IMG/VR virus record: IMGVR_UViG_3300031555_004162
Coordinates: 1-14,477 of that record
DNA from: a virus
Taxonomy: Duplodnaviria > Heunggongvirae > Uroviricota > Caudoviricetes
Strand: one strand, 5' to 3'
Length of the DNA stretch: 14,477 bases
The notes beneath the pieces were generated by a model, which did not search any database, was not told the origin of the DNA, and saw nothing but the letters and a program-made list of their open reading frames with translations. Position 1 is the stretch's first letter, and each line of letters opens with the position of its first letter. A program made the translations under genes and the position numbers. This document shows positions 1 through 7,853 of the stretch, piece by piece.

Positions 1-1
1 C

Positions 2-1717
2 TATATTGAAATTATCTCTAGTTAATTTATATCGAACATCCGTATAAGTTAATTTTTCATTATAATCTTCTGTTTTATCTTTAGCCCAAGTATTTTGAAT
101 ATGATCATCTTTCATAAAAGACCATTCTCGTTGTAATATATTTGTGCTGTCTAAAGTAGATAATTGAATAGCGTCATTATGCACTTCTGAAAATCCTATC
201 ATATTTGAATCTGAAACTTTATATCTATCTTTTTTTGTTAAAATAACATTTCCAGCATTATCTACAATATCTCCAAAAATATTTACATAGTATGGAGATG
301 GAGTTATTATATCACTATTTTCATTATCCTTTATCATTATATATTGTTTTTTTCCTATATGAGTACTATCGATAAATGGTCTTTTGGTTTTACTCATAGG
401 AACATCAAAACCTATATCGTCCATTACAAACATACGAGTGCTTTTATCTACATGCCAATTGTATTTAATATCTGTATAACAATCATACACTTTCCAAACA
501 TTTTTTACAATTCCATTTATGGTTATATCTTCATCAACTAATTTATATTTTTTACTATAGTCGTGTGAATCATAAATTGTCATATCATCATTGTTTAAAT
601 AAAATCCATTAAAAACATCATTATCTAATAATTTATAAGCTGTGTTTAAAATTTTAGCAGGTTGTGAAACATCAAAATATATACCTGTGTAATAGTGTTT
701 ATTAGTAACAATATCATGTGTATATATTCTTGCATTTTTAACATATTCTCCATTCCATTCACCGTTATCATGCAATATTTTTCCACTTATTGGTTCAATA
801 TATCTATTTAAATCATTACCATATTTATCATAAAATCTACCATCTGTAAGATAAATATTACTACTTTTCCATAAAACAGCACTTTCAGTCCCTTTATTTG
901 TTTCATATGACGTTACACTCGGCATAGCTACATATTGCTGTATACCTGAATCTTCAAAAAATCCCCAAGTTTTATCAGATACAATAGGTTTATTATCTAT
1001 AAATTTAGATTCTCCCCATATCCAATCTTCTAAATGTTTCCACTTATGTTTTTTTATTGCATATTCATCTATTAATACAGGCCAACTATTTTGAATAGTA
1101 ATAGGAATATTGTTAATTGATAATAATTTACCAGTAATATAATCATATTTAGCTAATTTAAATTCATCATTTAATACTATTGTTTCAGTAGAAGTTACAT
1201 CATATGATGGAATGTATTCGACTTTCATACCTGCAGGTCTAACTGCTTCAATCATGTCTTTCAAAATAGGTAAATATTCTTGTGTATATAAATATATTCT
1301 TAATTTAGTAATTTTTCTACCCCATGAATCATAATCACTATCATATTCCATGCTAAAATGATTTTCCAAATTTAATTCTTCCGGATTACCCATCAAACAA
1401 ATAGACATTGCAATCGCTAATGTAATTCCTAACTCATTTCCTCTATTTCTAACTAATAAAGGATATAATTTAACAATCCATCTATTCGTAAGTACTCTTT
1501 CTCTTGGATTATAATTATATCCTACATAATTCGCTAATAAAGGTAATAATCTTGATTTACATTTTAAAGGATCTAATAAATTAGGAATAAAATTATCTGT
1601 ATCAGATTTAATAACGGACAATGCGACATTTATCGCCCTTAAAAACACTTGAAATTCTCTATTATCGCCAAAATATTTAGGAACATACTCTCTAACATCT
1701 AACATTGATCTTGCCAA
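2..1717 (-). CDS. Baseplate wedge / phage tail protein I-like protein (P2 gpI family N-terminal domain, long C-terminal extension); 3' end lies beyond the window
   Basis: Hand-translated: open frame from TTG at 1717 (RBS AGGTGA 7 nt upstream; alternative ATG at 1705) to the window edge with no stop, at least 572 codons. N-terminus MARSMLDVREYVPKYF...NLLDPLKCKSRLLPLLANYVGYNY...RNRGNELGI...IEAVRPAGMKV fits the P2 gpI-type LDP-x-C...LP-x-LA...G and later RPAG pattern. Absent from the ORF track, presumably because it has no stop in the window. Confidence 0.8.
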   Translation of the reverse strand, partial: MARSMLDVREYVPKYFGDNREFQVFLRAINVALSVIKSDTDNFIPNLLDPLKCKSRLLPLLANYVGYNYNPRERVLTNRWIVKLYPLLVRNRGNELGITLAIAMSICLMGNPEELNLENHFSMEYDSDYDSWGRKITKLRIYLYTQEYLPILKDMIEAVRPAGMKVEYIPSYDVTSTETIVLNDEFKLAKYDYITGKLLSINNIPITIQNSWPVLIDEYAIKKHKWKHLEDWIWGESKFIDNKPIVSDKTWGFFEDSGIQQYVAMPSVTSYETNKGTESAVLWKSSNIYLTDGRFYDKYGNDLNRYIEPISGKILHDNGEWNGEYVKNARIYTHDIVTNKHYYTGIYFDVSQPAKILNTAYKLLDNDVFNGFYLNNDDMTIYDSHDYSKKYKLVDEDITINGIVKNVWKVYDCYTDIKYNWHVDKSTRMFVMDDIGFDVPMSKTKRPFIDSTHIGKKQYIMIKDNENSDIITPSPYYVNIFGDIVDNAGNVILTKKDRYKVSDSNMIGFSEVHNDAIQLSTLDSTNILQREWSFMKDDHIQNTWAKDKTEDYNEKLTYTDVRYKLTRDNFNI

Positions 1718-1743
1718 GAGAATTTCACCTACTTTCTATTTAA

Positions 1744-1767
1744 TATTTATATATTTTTATTTTAATT
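1744..1767 (-). promoter_or_regulatory. Candidate late promoter: AATTAAAATAAAAATATA (1767-1750) overlapping TATAAATA (1751-1744)
   Basis: The 18-mer is identical to 7135-7152 and lies 33 nt from the baseplate start (32 nt in the other copy). TATAAATA is the T4 late-promoter consensus. All A/T, so chance is possible. Confidence 0.45.
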
Positions 1768-1786
1768 GAAAGAATATATGCAAAAT

Positions 1787-1824
1787 TAAAGCTTCTAATA
1801 TAATTAAATATACTAGAAGCTTTA
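1787..1824 (-). terminator. Hairpin, probable intrinsic terminator
   Basis: 11-bp inverted repeat taaagcttcta (1787-1797) / tagaagcttta (1814-1824) just downstream of the 1837 stop codon. Confidence 0.65.
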
Positions 1825-1836
1825 TAATCAATATAA

Positions 1837-2130
1837 TTATTTAATTAAATTTAACCATTCTACATAATCATTTTCATTATTAGAATTAATACATTTCAAA
1901 TATGATTGTTTAATATCATTAAATTCATTGCCTAATAAATCAGATTTGTTTAATCCATATTTAGGTAAATATTTTATAATATCTTCAGGGGCTCCTTCAA
2001 ATGTTGCATGTGTTATATAATCATCATGGATTTCTACATTTAGATTATATTCTTCTTTCATAAATTGAATATATTCTTCTTCACTTTCAAAACTATCAAG
2101 TACTACATCTAAATTAATTTTCATTTTCAT
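1837..2130 (-). CDS. Hypothetical protein (97 aa)
   Basis: Start moved from the track's 2163 to ATG 2130 (MKMKINLDV): RBS AAGGAG at 2139-2144, and this removes the overlap with the upstream gene. Confidence 0.75.
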   Translation of the reverse strand: MKMKINLDVVLDSFESEEEYIQFMKEEYNLNVEIHDDYITHATFEGAPEDIIKYLPKYGLNKSDLLGNEFNDIKQSYLKCINSNNENDYVEWLNLIK

Positions 2131-2144
2131 AAGTTTAATCTCCT

Positions 2145-2606
2145 TTATTTTTTTAACACCCAAATATTACCAATACATCCATGACTGCTATCCCAATGAT
2201 CATATATAACCGCATTCATTATAGCTACTATATGATGTCCACCTATATGAGCAATAACATTATCTGTTTCATCTATACTTACACCGTTATCATAATTAAA
2301 AGTAGTTCCTTCTTGTAATTCTTTACAAAATTCCACGCCTGTATATTTAGTATTATCTATTTTTCTTGGTTGCTTACATTTTGTATATCCATATCTTGTT
2401 AATAATTTGTCAATTGCTTGTTTAGATGCACTATCATATCCGGTTTCACATTGCAACTTAGCCAAATCCATGACAACATCATTATACTTTTTACCTGTAA
2501 CCGTGCTTATTGCTCTTATTACACAATCACTGGTGATTCTGTTTTTAGGATTTGCATTATGCATTTTAAATACATTTGTGTTTGGATATTTATCCTGTCT
2601 TTTCAT
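2145..2606 (-). CDS. Putative papain-fold (C39-like) cysteine hydrolase
   Basis: NANPKNRITSDC28VIRAIS, GH124H125IVAI and YD136HWD139S give the Cys-His-Asp order of papain-like enzymes. RBS AAGGAG and a promoter lie directly upstream. Confidence 0.55.
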   Translation of the reverse strand: MKRQDKYPNTNVFKMHNANPKNRITSDCVIRAISTVTGKKYNDVVMDLAKLQCETGYDSASKQAIDKLLTRYGYTKCKQPRKIDNTKYTGVEFCKELQEGTTFNYDNGVSIDETDNVIAHIGGHHIVAIMNAVIYDHWDSSHGCIGNIWVLKK

Positions 2607-2634
2607 AAGTAAAACTCCTTTATAAATATATTTT

Positions 2635-2671
2635 CTAATATAATTATAACATATTTTTTTACATTTGTAAA
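2635..2671 (-). promoter_or_regulatory. Sigma70/sigmaA-type (early-type) promoter P1
   Basis: TTTACA (2671-2666), 17-nt spacer ending TGT, TATAAT (2648-2643). 23 bp are identical to 10871-10893. Confidence 0.85.
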
Positions 2672-2702
2672 CCCTTTTCTTATAATTGTAATAAAACTGT
2701 AA

Positions 2703-2742
2703 AATAAAAAATCCTATTCAAATTTAAATAGGATTTTTTATT
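2703..2742. terminator. Intrinsic terminator (A/T tracts on both sides) closing the leader-protein cluster
   Basis: 16-bp inverted repeat aataaaaaatcctatt (2703-2718) / aataggattttttatt (2727-2742) with an 8-nt loop. Confidence 0.85.
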
Positions 2743-2760
2743 GTATTAAATATTAAAAAA

Positions 2761-3264
2761 TTAATCTTCTATTTTATCTGCAAATTTTAATTCTTTATAA
2801 TAATCTACTGCACTTGTAAATGCAAGAAATTCTAAATCTCTATCATCGTTTACATATCGTTTAGGTTCTTGTAAAAAAACAACATCATTAGTGTAAACAT
2901 TAAAAAATTCCTCTTCTTCAGTAAGAATTACTTCAACTTGTTTGCCATTAAAAGAGTAACTAGCATCAAATACAACTACTTCTTTCAAAGTATCATCCCA
3001 ATCAGGATCAGTTGTTACATCTTCTTTAACAACTTCTTTAGTAGCATCAATTACCGGTTTTCCAGGTCTTTCATCATCTCTTGTAGCAATTTTAACATCT
3101 AATATTTCTGCATCAGGTTTATATGATTTAAAATACTCAGATACTTGTTCTTCAGAATATCCTTTAATCAAATTAGCTTGATGTACATTATTGTGTTTAA
3201 ATGAGATATTAAATGTTTTTGTTTCATTTTCTTTTATCATTTGTAAGCTTTCAAAAAGATTCAT
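2761..3264 (-). CDS. Leader-bearing acidic protein (167 aa), candidate virion internal protein
   Basis: Starts MNLFESLQMIKE|N; RBS GGAGG; possible internal site VVKE81|D. Confidence 0.8.
   Translation of the reverse strand: MNLFESLQMIKENETKTFNISFKHNNVHQANLIKGYSEEQVSEYFKSYKPDAEILDVKIATRDDERPGKPVIDATKEVVKEDVTTDPDWDDTLKEVVVFDASYSFNGKQVEVILTEEEEFFNVYTNDVVFLQEPKRYVNDDRDLEFLAFTSAVDYYKELKFADKIED
3229..3264 (-). repeat. N-terminal leader copy MNLFESLQMIKE
   Basis: ATG AAT CTT TTT GAA AGC TTA CAA ATG ATA AAA GAA. Confidence 0.9.
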
Positions 3265-3287
3265 TTTAAATTCCTCCCATATTTTAA

Positions 3288-3626
3288 TTAAAATCTATTT
3301 AAGAAATAATACATACATTGTTTTATTACTTCTTCATAGCTTTCATATGATTCTATATCATCAATGATAAGTTCACCTTTTGAATTAGGTTTATCACCAT
3401 GACATCTAACAATATATCCTTCAAACGCTTCATCATAATTAAATGTGAAATGAGCATATATATCATTATCAGGTTTAGGAAATCTAATAGTAAGAGAATT
3501 TTCTTTAATCTCTACCTGATAATTAAGCTCTATTAATCGTTTATAAGGCTTACTATCCATAATTACTTCTAATGCTTCATCATAATTGTTTTCTTTAATT
3601 ATTTGGAGATTTTCAAACAAATTCAT
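3288..3626 (-). CDS. Leader-bearing protein (112 aa), candidate virion internal protein
   Basis: Starts MNLFENLQIIKE|N; RBS GAGGTGA overlaps the upstream TGA stop. Confidence 0.8.
   Translation of the reverse strand: MNLFENLQIIKENNYDEALEVIMDSKPYKRLIELNYQVEIKENSLTIRFPKPDNDIYAHFTFNYDEAFEGYIVRCHGDKPNSKGELIIDDIESYESYEEVIKQCMYYFLNRF
3591..3626 (-). repeat. N-terminal leader copy MNLFENLQIIKE
   Basis: ATG AAT TTG TTT GAA AAT CTC CAA ATA ATT AAA GAA. Confidence 0.9.
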
Positions 3627-3639
3627 TATGTTTCACCTC

Positions 3640-6165
3640 TCAATCTTCAAATATTAATCGCCAATTATCAGTCTTGAATTTATTAAATATGTTTTCAATA
3701 CCATTTTTAATTTGAATATCTAATTCACAAGTTTCAGCATCAATAACAAGTACTCTAAAATAATCTTCAGCCCATTCATTAATGTATGGGTAAATAAGAA
3801 TATATGCACCTGATACTAAATAGATTTCACCATCAGCATTTAAATTTTTAGCATTGAATTCTGAAGGTTGCCAATTATAATCTTCTCCATCCATATCTAT
3901 TTGGTCTAAACTATCTAAATAATCTTTTAAAGCATTAAATAATTTTTCTCCAGTTGCATAATCTCTATCTTCAATTACATTATGATTTGATTCAGTTAAT
4001 GATTCATTTTTTATACCAAATAAATATGCAACTATTCTACCAGGACATTCTGGTTCAAAATAAGCATCTTTATCATGTTTAACAATAACTTTATTTAATT
4101 CATCACATAATTTAGAAATTGATTCATATCCTAATTCTGCACCGACAGCTACCATCACATAATCATCATTGATATCCGTACTTACCGATAAATAATCATC
4201 AGCTTCATCTTCTGGGAATCCAACAGATAACATGAATTTATGAGCAGCTTCTTTAACTTCTTTTTCTAGTGTATCTAAAAATGTAGCCGCATTATCATCA
4301 TAATCTTCATCATTAGATTCTGTTAATTCTTGATATAAATTAGTTACATCTATCAATATTTCATAATCATCGGGTACACAATAAATATCGCATTTAGGAA
4401 ATACTTTCTGTAAATCTTTTTTATAACTATTATAATCTGACTGGTCGGAATTAGAAGAAATAGGTATAGTCATAAATCGTTGTTGATTCTGTGTATAAAA
4501 TGAGCTAGAATATGCAGCATCTACAAGTGGACCATATTTAAATTCATCACAAATCTTTTTAATTAATTTTTTGTTCACAGATGAATCGTTATCATCATTA
4601 TTAGATTCTCTTAATTTTTTACCATTGCTATCAATTATATCTACATTATCGTAATTATCATTTGATATAATAAAATTACGAGGATTAATTTCTGGATGAT
4701 TATCTTTAATATATTTTTCAGCAATATTTAAAGCTGCTTCATCGTTATCAGTGCTAACTTTAATGTGTCCTTTATAATCTGAAATATCATCTCCATCATA
4801 TGTGTATTCTACCGAAATTATATTATTTGACTCTCTTTTAGGTAATAGCATATCACCTAAATCTTTTTGTAATTTCTTAATACCATCAAGTTTAATAGGT
4901 TCAAAACCTTGAACTTGGTCATAATTAATAGGAACAACTTCTTTTGTTTGTTGATGTTCAGCTGCCCATACGCCTTTACCATCTACTATTTTGCGATACA
5001 GACTCCAACCTTTATTATAACCAGTACCTGTTGAAATATATTCATACTCATCTAAATTTATATCAACGGTTTCCATAAGTGAATTATGCACATATTCAAT
5101 TACTGAAGACCATTCTTCAAATGATATTTTATCTTCAACTCTACCATAACTCATATCAGCAATTTCTTCATCATCATTGATACCAGGATATGCCGATTTT
5201 GTATCTTTTATTATTTCTTTTATTTTAGAAACACCACCAACTTTGTTAATTAAAGAATCTATGTCACTAATCGATTCTTTAATTATTTCCTCATGTTCTA
5301 TGTCAGCGTTAAAATAACGTAAAAACTCATTAACAAATTTATGAGAATAAGCTTTAATTAAATCCTTTGGAACTTTAATTTTTCTCATATCAATTTTTTC
5401 TTTATGAGTATGTTCATCTTCACTATATGAAACTGTTAATTCAAGTTCATTAATATCATCATCAAGGTAACAATCAACTACATTTGCAACTATATCACCA
5501 TGTGTAGCGTCTGATAATTTTTCTATAACATCATTAGAAAATTCATCTAAATCATCTCTGGTAAAATAAGCAGTATCAATTATATCAAATGCTCCTCCAT
5601 AATGTTTACCTTCATATAGTCCATCATTTAAATCTTGTTCTGCATTATCTATATCATGCCAGCTATTACCATCTTCTAAATCTTTTATTTTAACATTCAT
5701 AAAAGATTGTTGAGCTTTTCTTGCAGAAGCAATAGCATCTTTAAGATTAGAATGTTCAGAATAAACTTCTTCATTACTTATTGCTAATTGACATGTAACT
5801 TGATATCTTATGCTTTCAGTAGTAAACTTAAGAGATTTTACATCAGCTGTATATTCTTTAGGTTCAGCATTAAATATTACATCATATCTAGCACTAAATG
5901 TATCTTGATCTGATTCTCCAATTTCTTCACTATTAATAGAAATATCAATTCCTTTACTTGTAAAGAATTCATCTATTAAATGTTTCATATATAAATGTTC
6001 GTGTTTCCAATCTCCATCATATATTACTATTTGCATACCATCTTTTGTTTCACCTAATTCATTATAGATGTATTGCGCGTTTTTTGACGCTAAAAATTCT
6101 TTAAATTCATTAATTAATGGATTTTTTGATTCTTTCATCAATTGTAAATTTTCAAATAAATTCAT
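3640..6165 (-). CDS. Large acidic leader-bearing protein (841 aa), candidate modular polyprotein packaged in the head
   Basis: Start moved to ATG 6165: TAATG overlap with the upstream stop, RBS AAGGTGA, and it begins exactly with MNLFENLQLMKE|S. Recurrent internal x-x-E|S/T/G sites. Confidence 0.85.
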   Translation of the reverse strand: MNLFENLQLMKESKNPLINEFKEFLASKNAQYIYNELGETKDGMQIVIYDGDWKHEHLYMKHLIDEFFTSKGIDISINSEEIGESDQDTFSARYDVIFNAEPKEYTADVKSLKFTTESIRYQVTCQLAISNEEVYSEHSNLKDAIASARKAQQSFMNVKIKDLEDGNSWHDIDNAEQDLNDGLYEGKHYGGAFDIIDTAYFTRDDLDEFSNDVIEKLSDATHGDIVANVVDCYLDDDINELELTVSYSEDEHTHKEKIDMRKIKVPKDLIKAYSHKFVNEFLRYFNADIEHEEIIKESISDIDSLINKVGGVSKIKEIIKDTKSAYPGINDDEEIADMSYGRVEDKISFEEWSSVIEYVHNSLMETVDINLDEYEYISTGTGYNKGWSLYRKIVDGKGVWAAEHQQTKEVVPINYDQVQGFEPIKLDGIKKLQKDLGDMLLPKRESNNIISVEYTYDGDDISDYKGHIKVSTDNDEAALNIAEKYIKDNHPEINPRNFIISNDNYDNVDIIDSNGKKLRESNNDDNDSSVNKKLIKKICDEFKYGPLVDAAYSSSFYTQNQQRFMTIPISSNSDQSDYNSYKKDLQKVFPKCDIYCVPDDYEILIDVTNLYQELTESNDEDYDDNAATFLDTLEKEVKEAAHKFMLSVGFPEDEADDYLSVSTDINDDYVMVAVGAELGYESISKLCDELNKVIVKHDKDAYFEPECPGRIVAYLFGIKNESLTESNHNVIEDRDYATGEKLFNALKDYLDSLDQIDMDGEDYNWQPSEFNAKNLNADGEIYLVSGAYILIYPYINEWAEDYFRVLVIDAETCELDIQIKNGIENIFNKFKTDNWRLIFED
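6130..6165 (-). repeat. N-terminal leader copy MNLFENLQLMKE
   Basis: ATG AAT TTA TTT GAA AAT TTA CAA TTG ATG AAA GAA. Confidence 0.9.
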
Positions 6166-7103
6166 TACCAATCACCTTCTTCACTAAATTGATCTACATA
6201 CTCTTCTAGCCAATCATCTATTTTTTCATATACAATATCGTATTCATCTCTAGTTAAATCTTTAATAACTAATTGACCCCATTCTTGTTCAACGTTTCTA
6301 CAATAATCCCATGTTGAAATTTCATCTTCTAAATCATCTAATGAAATAATTTCATTATCTATAAGTCGTTGAATAGAATAATTAAGTTCTATGGTATAAT
6401 CATATAATTTTTCAAATTCTTTCCAAATTTCAGATGAGCAATCCAACATATCTTCTGTATTTTCTTCAATAAGAAGATTAGGATTATCTCTTATTGTATC
6501 TATAACTTCATCAGCAAGTTCATTTAAAAAATTAGTATAATCTTTTTCAAACTGTTCATCATCAAAGAAAATATCAGGATCTCTATGTTCATCTGCAAAA
6601 GCTATAAGTGAATCAAATCCATTATCTGCCAAATAAGTCGCAGCTGGACCACACGATTCAATACCATAACCTGAAAAATAAATGTCTCCATCGTTATAAT
6701 CTCTATATAAAAGCCTCATTATTGCTCTTATAAGTTCACCTGCTTTTGTATCAGCTTTACCATTCGCAGGCACTAGATTATTAAAGAATGCATTAACATC
6801 TCCGCCTTCTGCATCAATTTTAGATTGAATATTTTTTGTAAGCTTATTATTTTTATTTTGTTCAAACCAATTTTTAATTTTACCTATTATATCTGTAACG
6901 CCTTCTGTTTTTACAAGCTTATCATCATCAAATCCATTGTATTGATCATCAAATACGTCTTCATCCCATTCATTGTTTTCTTCGGGCTCATCTGGATCAT
7001 AGTATGTTCCAAAAGGTTTGCCAGTGCGAGTATCTATACCAAGTTCATTATACTCTGATTCATTGTTTTCTTTAAACAGTTGTAAATTTTCAAAAAGATT
7101 CAT
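6165..7103 (-). CDS. Leader-bearing acidic protein (312 aa), candidate virion internal protein
   Basis: Starts MNLFENLQLFKE|N; very D/E-rich N-terminal part; globular-looking core GKADTKAGELIRAIMRLLYRDYNDGD...GYGIESCGPAATYL that I cannot assign. Confidence 0.85.
   Translation of the reverse strand: MNLFENLQLFKENNESEYNELGIDTRTGKPFGTYYDPDEPEENNEWDEDVFDDQYNGFDDDKLVKTEGVTDIIGKIKNWFEQNKNNKLTKNIQSKIDAEGGDVNAFFNNLVPANGKADTKAGELIRAIMRLLYRDYNDGDIYFSGYGIESCGPAATYLADNGFDSLIAFADEHRDPDIFFDDEQFEKDYTNFLNELADEVIDTIRDNPNLLIEENTEDMLDCSSEIWKEFEKLYDYTIELNYSIQRLIDNEIISLDDLEDEISTWDYCRNVEQEWGQLVIKDLTRDEYDIVYEKIDDWLEEYVDQFSEEGDW
7068..7103 (-). repeat. N-terminal leader copy MNLFENLQLFKE
   Basis: ATG AAT CTT TTT GAA AAT TTA CAA CTG TTT AAA GAA. 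Confidence 0.9.
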
Positions 7104-7134
7104 TCATTATCACAACTTTCTTAACATGTTATTT

Positions 7135-7152
7135 TATATTTTTATTTTAATT
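7135..7152 (-). promoter_or_regulatory. Candidate late promoter, second copy of AATTAAAATAAAAATATA
   Basis: Identical to 1750-1767; 32 nt upstream of the first gene of the leader cluster. Confidence 0.45.
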
Positions 7153-7160
7153 AAGCTGTA

Positions 7161-7388
7161 TTATTTCATTAATTTTTCTTTATATCTATCTAAAGCTCTA
7201 TTCTTTTTTCTATGATTCTTCCATTTTCTGTTTTTAAATTTCCATACTAAGATTAATATAAACCATTTAAACCTAATAAATATATTAGCTTTTTTCTTTT
7301 TAATTCTGTAAGGTTCTGATAAACAAGATATAGTATAATCCCAATACTCTCCATCAAGTGTAATATCCCAAAATATTTGTAAGGCCAT
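7161..7388 (-). CDS. Hypothetical basic protein (75 aa), short hydrophobic stretch
   Basis: RBS GGAGG at the end of the upstream gene; fills the gap between neighbours; Lys/Arg-rich with WFILILVW. Confidence 0.6.
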   Translation of the reverse strand: MALQIFWDITLDGEYWDYTISCLSEPYRIKKKKANIFIRFKWFILILVWKFKNRKWKNHRKKNRALDRYKEKLMK

Positions 7389-7391
7389 ATC

Positions 7392-7805
7392 TTATTCCTC
7401 CTTTAAATTTGCAGGTAAATTATGAATACTTGTAAGTTCAATATCTTTATATTTCATTTCCATAAAAATATCATTAAGGACTCTAACCATAAGCCCATGT
7501 TCAGTATTTGTATTTTCGTTACGATATAAATTTATATACCATCTAAGAATATCGACATTCGCAACTCCACCATTATTTATAATTTGTTGAACACCTTTAA
7601 CAAAACATTCTTCTGAACTAAAATTATCTTTATCGTTTATATGTCGGATTTCATCTTCATGTACATTAATACTATTAATTAAGTTTTCATTAAATCGAAG
7701 TAATCTAAAGAATGCTTCTTTTATTTCATATTTATCATTAAAGTTAGCGTCGCTTACTTCATCATATAATGAATTTAATTCTTTTCTAAGTTCTACTTTA
7801 TCCAT
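7392..7805 (-). CDS. Hypothetical protein (137 aa)
   Basis: RBS AAGGAG; tightly packed with neighbours. Confidence 0.8.
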   Translation of the reverse strand: MDKVELRKELNSLYDEVSDANFNDKYEIKEAFFRLLRFNENLINSINVHEDEIRHINDKDNFSSEECFVKGVQQIINNGGVANVDILRWYINLYRNENTNTEHGLMVRVLNDIFMEMKYKDIELTSIHNLPANLKEE

Positions 7806-7853
7806 TTTATTTCTCCTTTTATTATTCTTTTTATAAGTCTTATTTTATCAATT

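Noticed and set aside
344-541. Plus-strand 65-aa ORF
   Set aside because: Antisense shadow of the long baseplate gene; no RBS or recognisable motif.
2407-2625. Two plus-strand ORFs (2407-2625, 2418-2612)
   Set aside because: Antisense to the Cys-His-Asp gene, which has a clear RBS and promoter.
6825-7215. Plus-strand ORFs 6825-7058 and 7018-7215
   Set aside because: F/I/L-rich antisense shadows of acidic AT-rich minus-strand genes.
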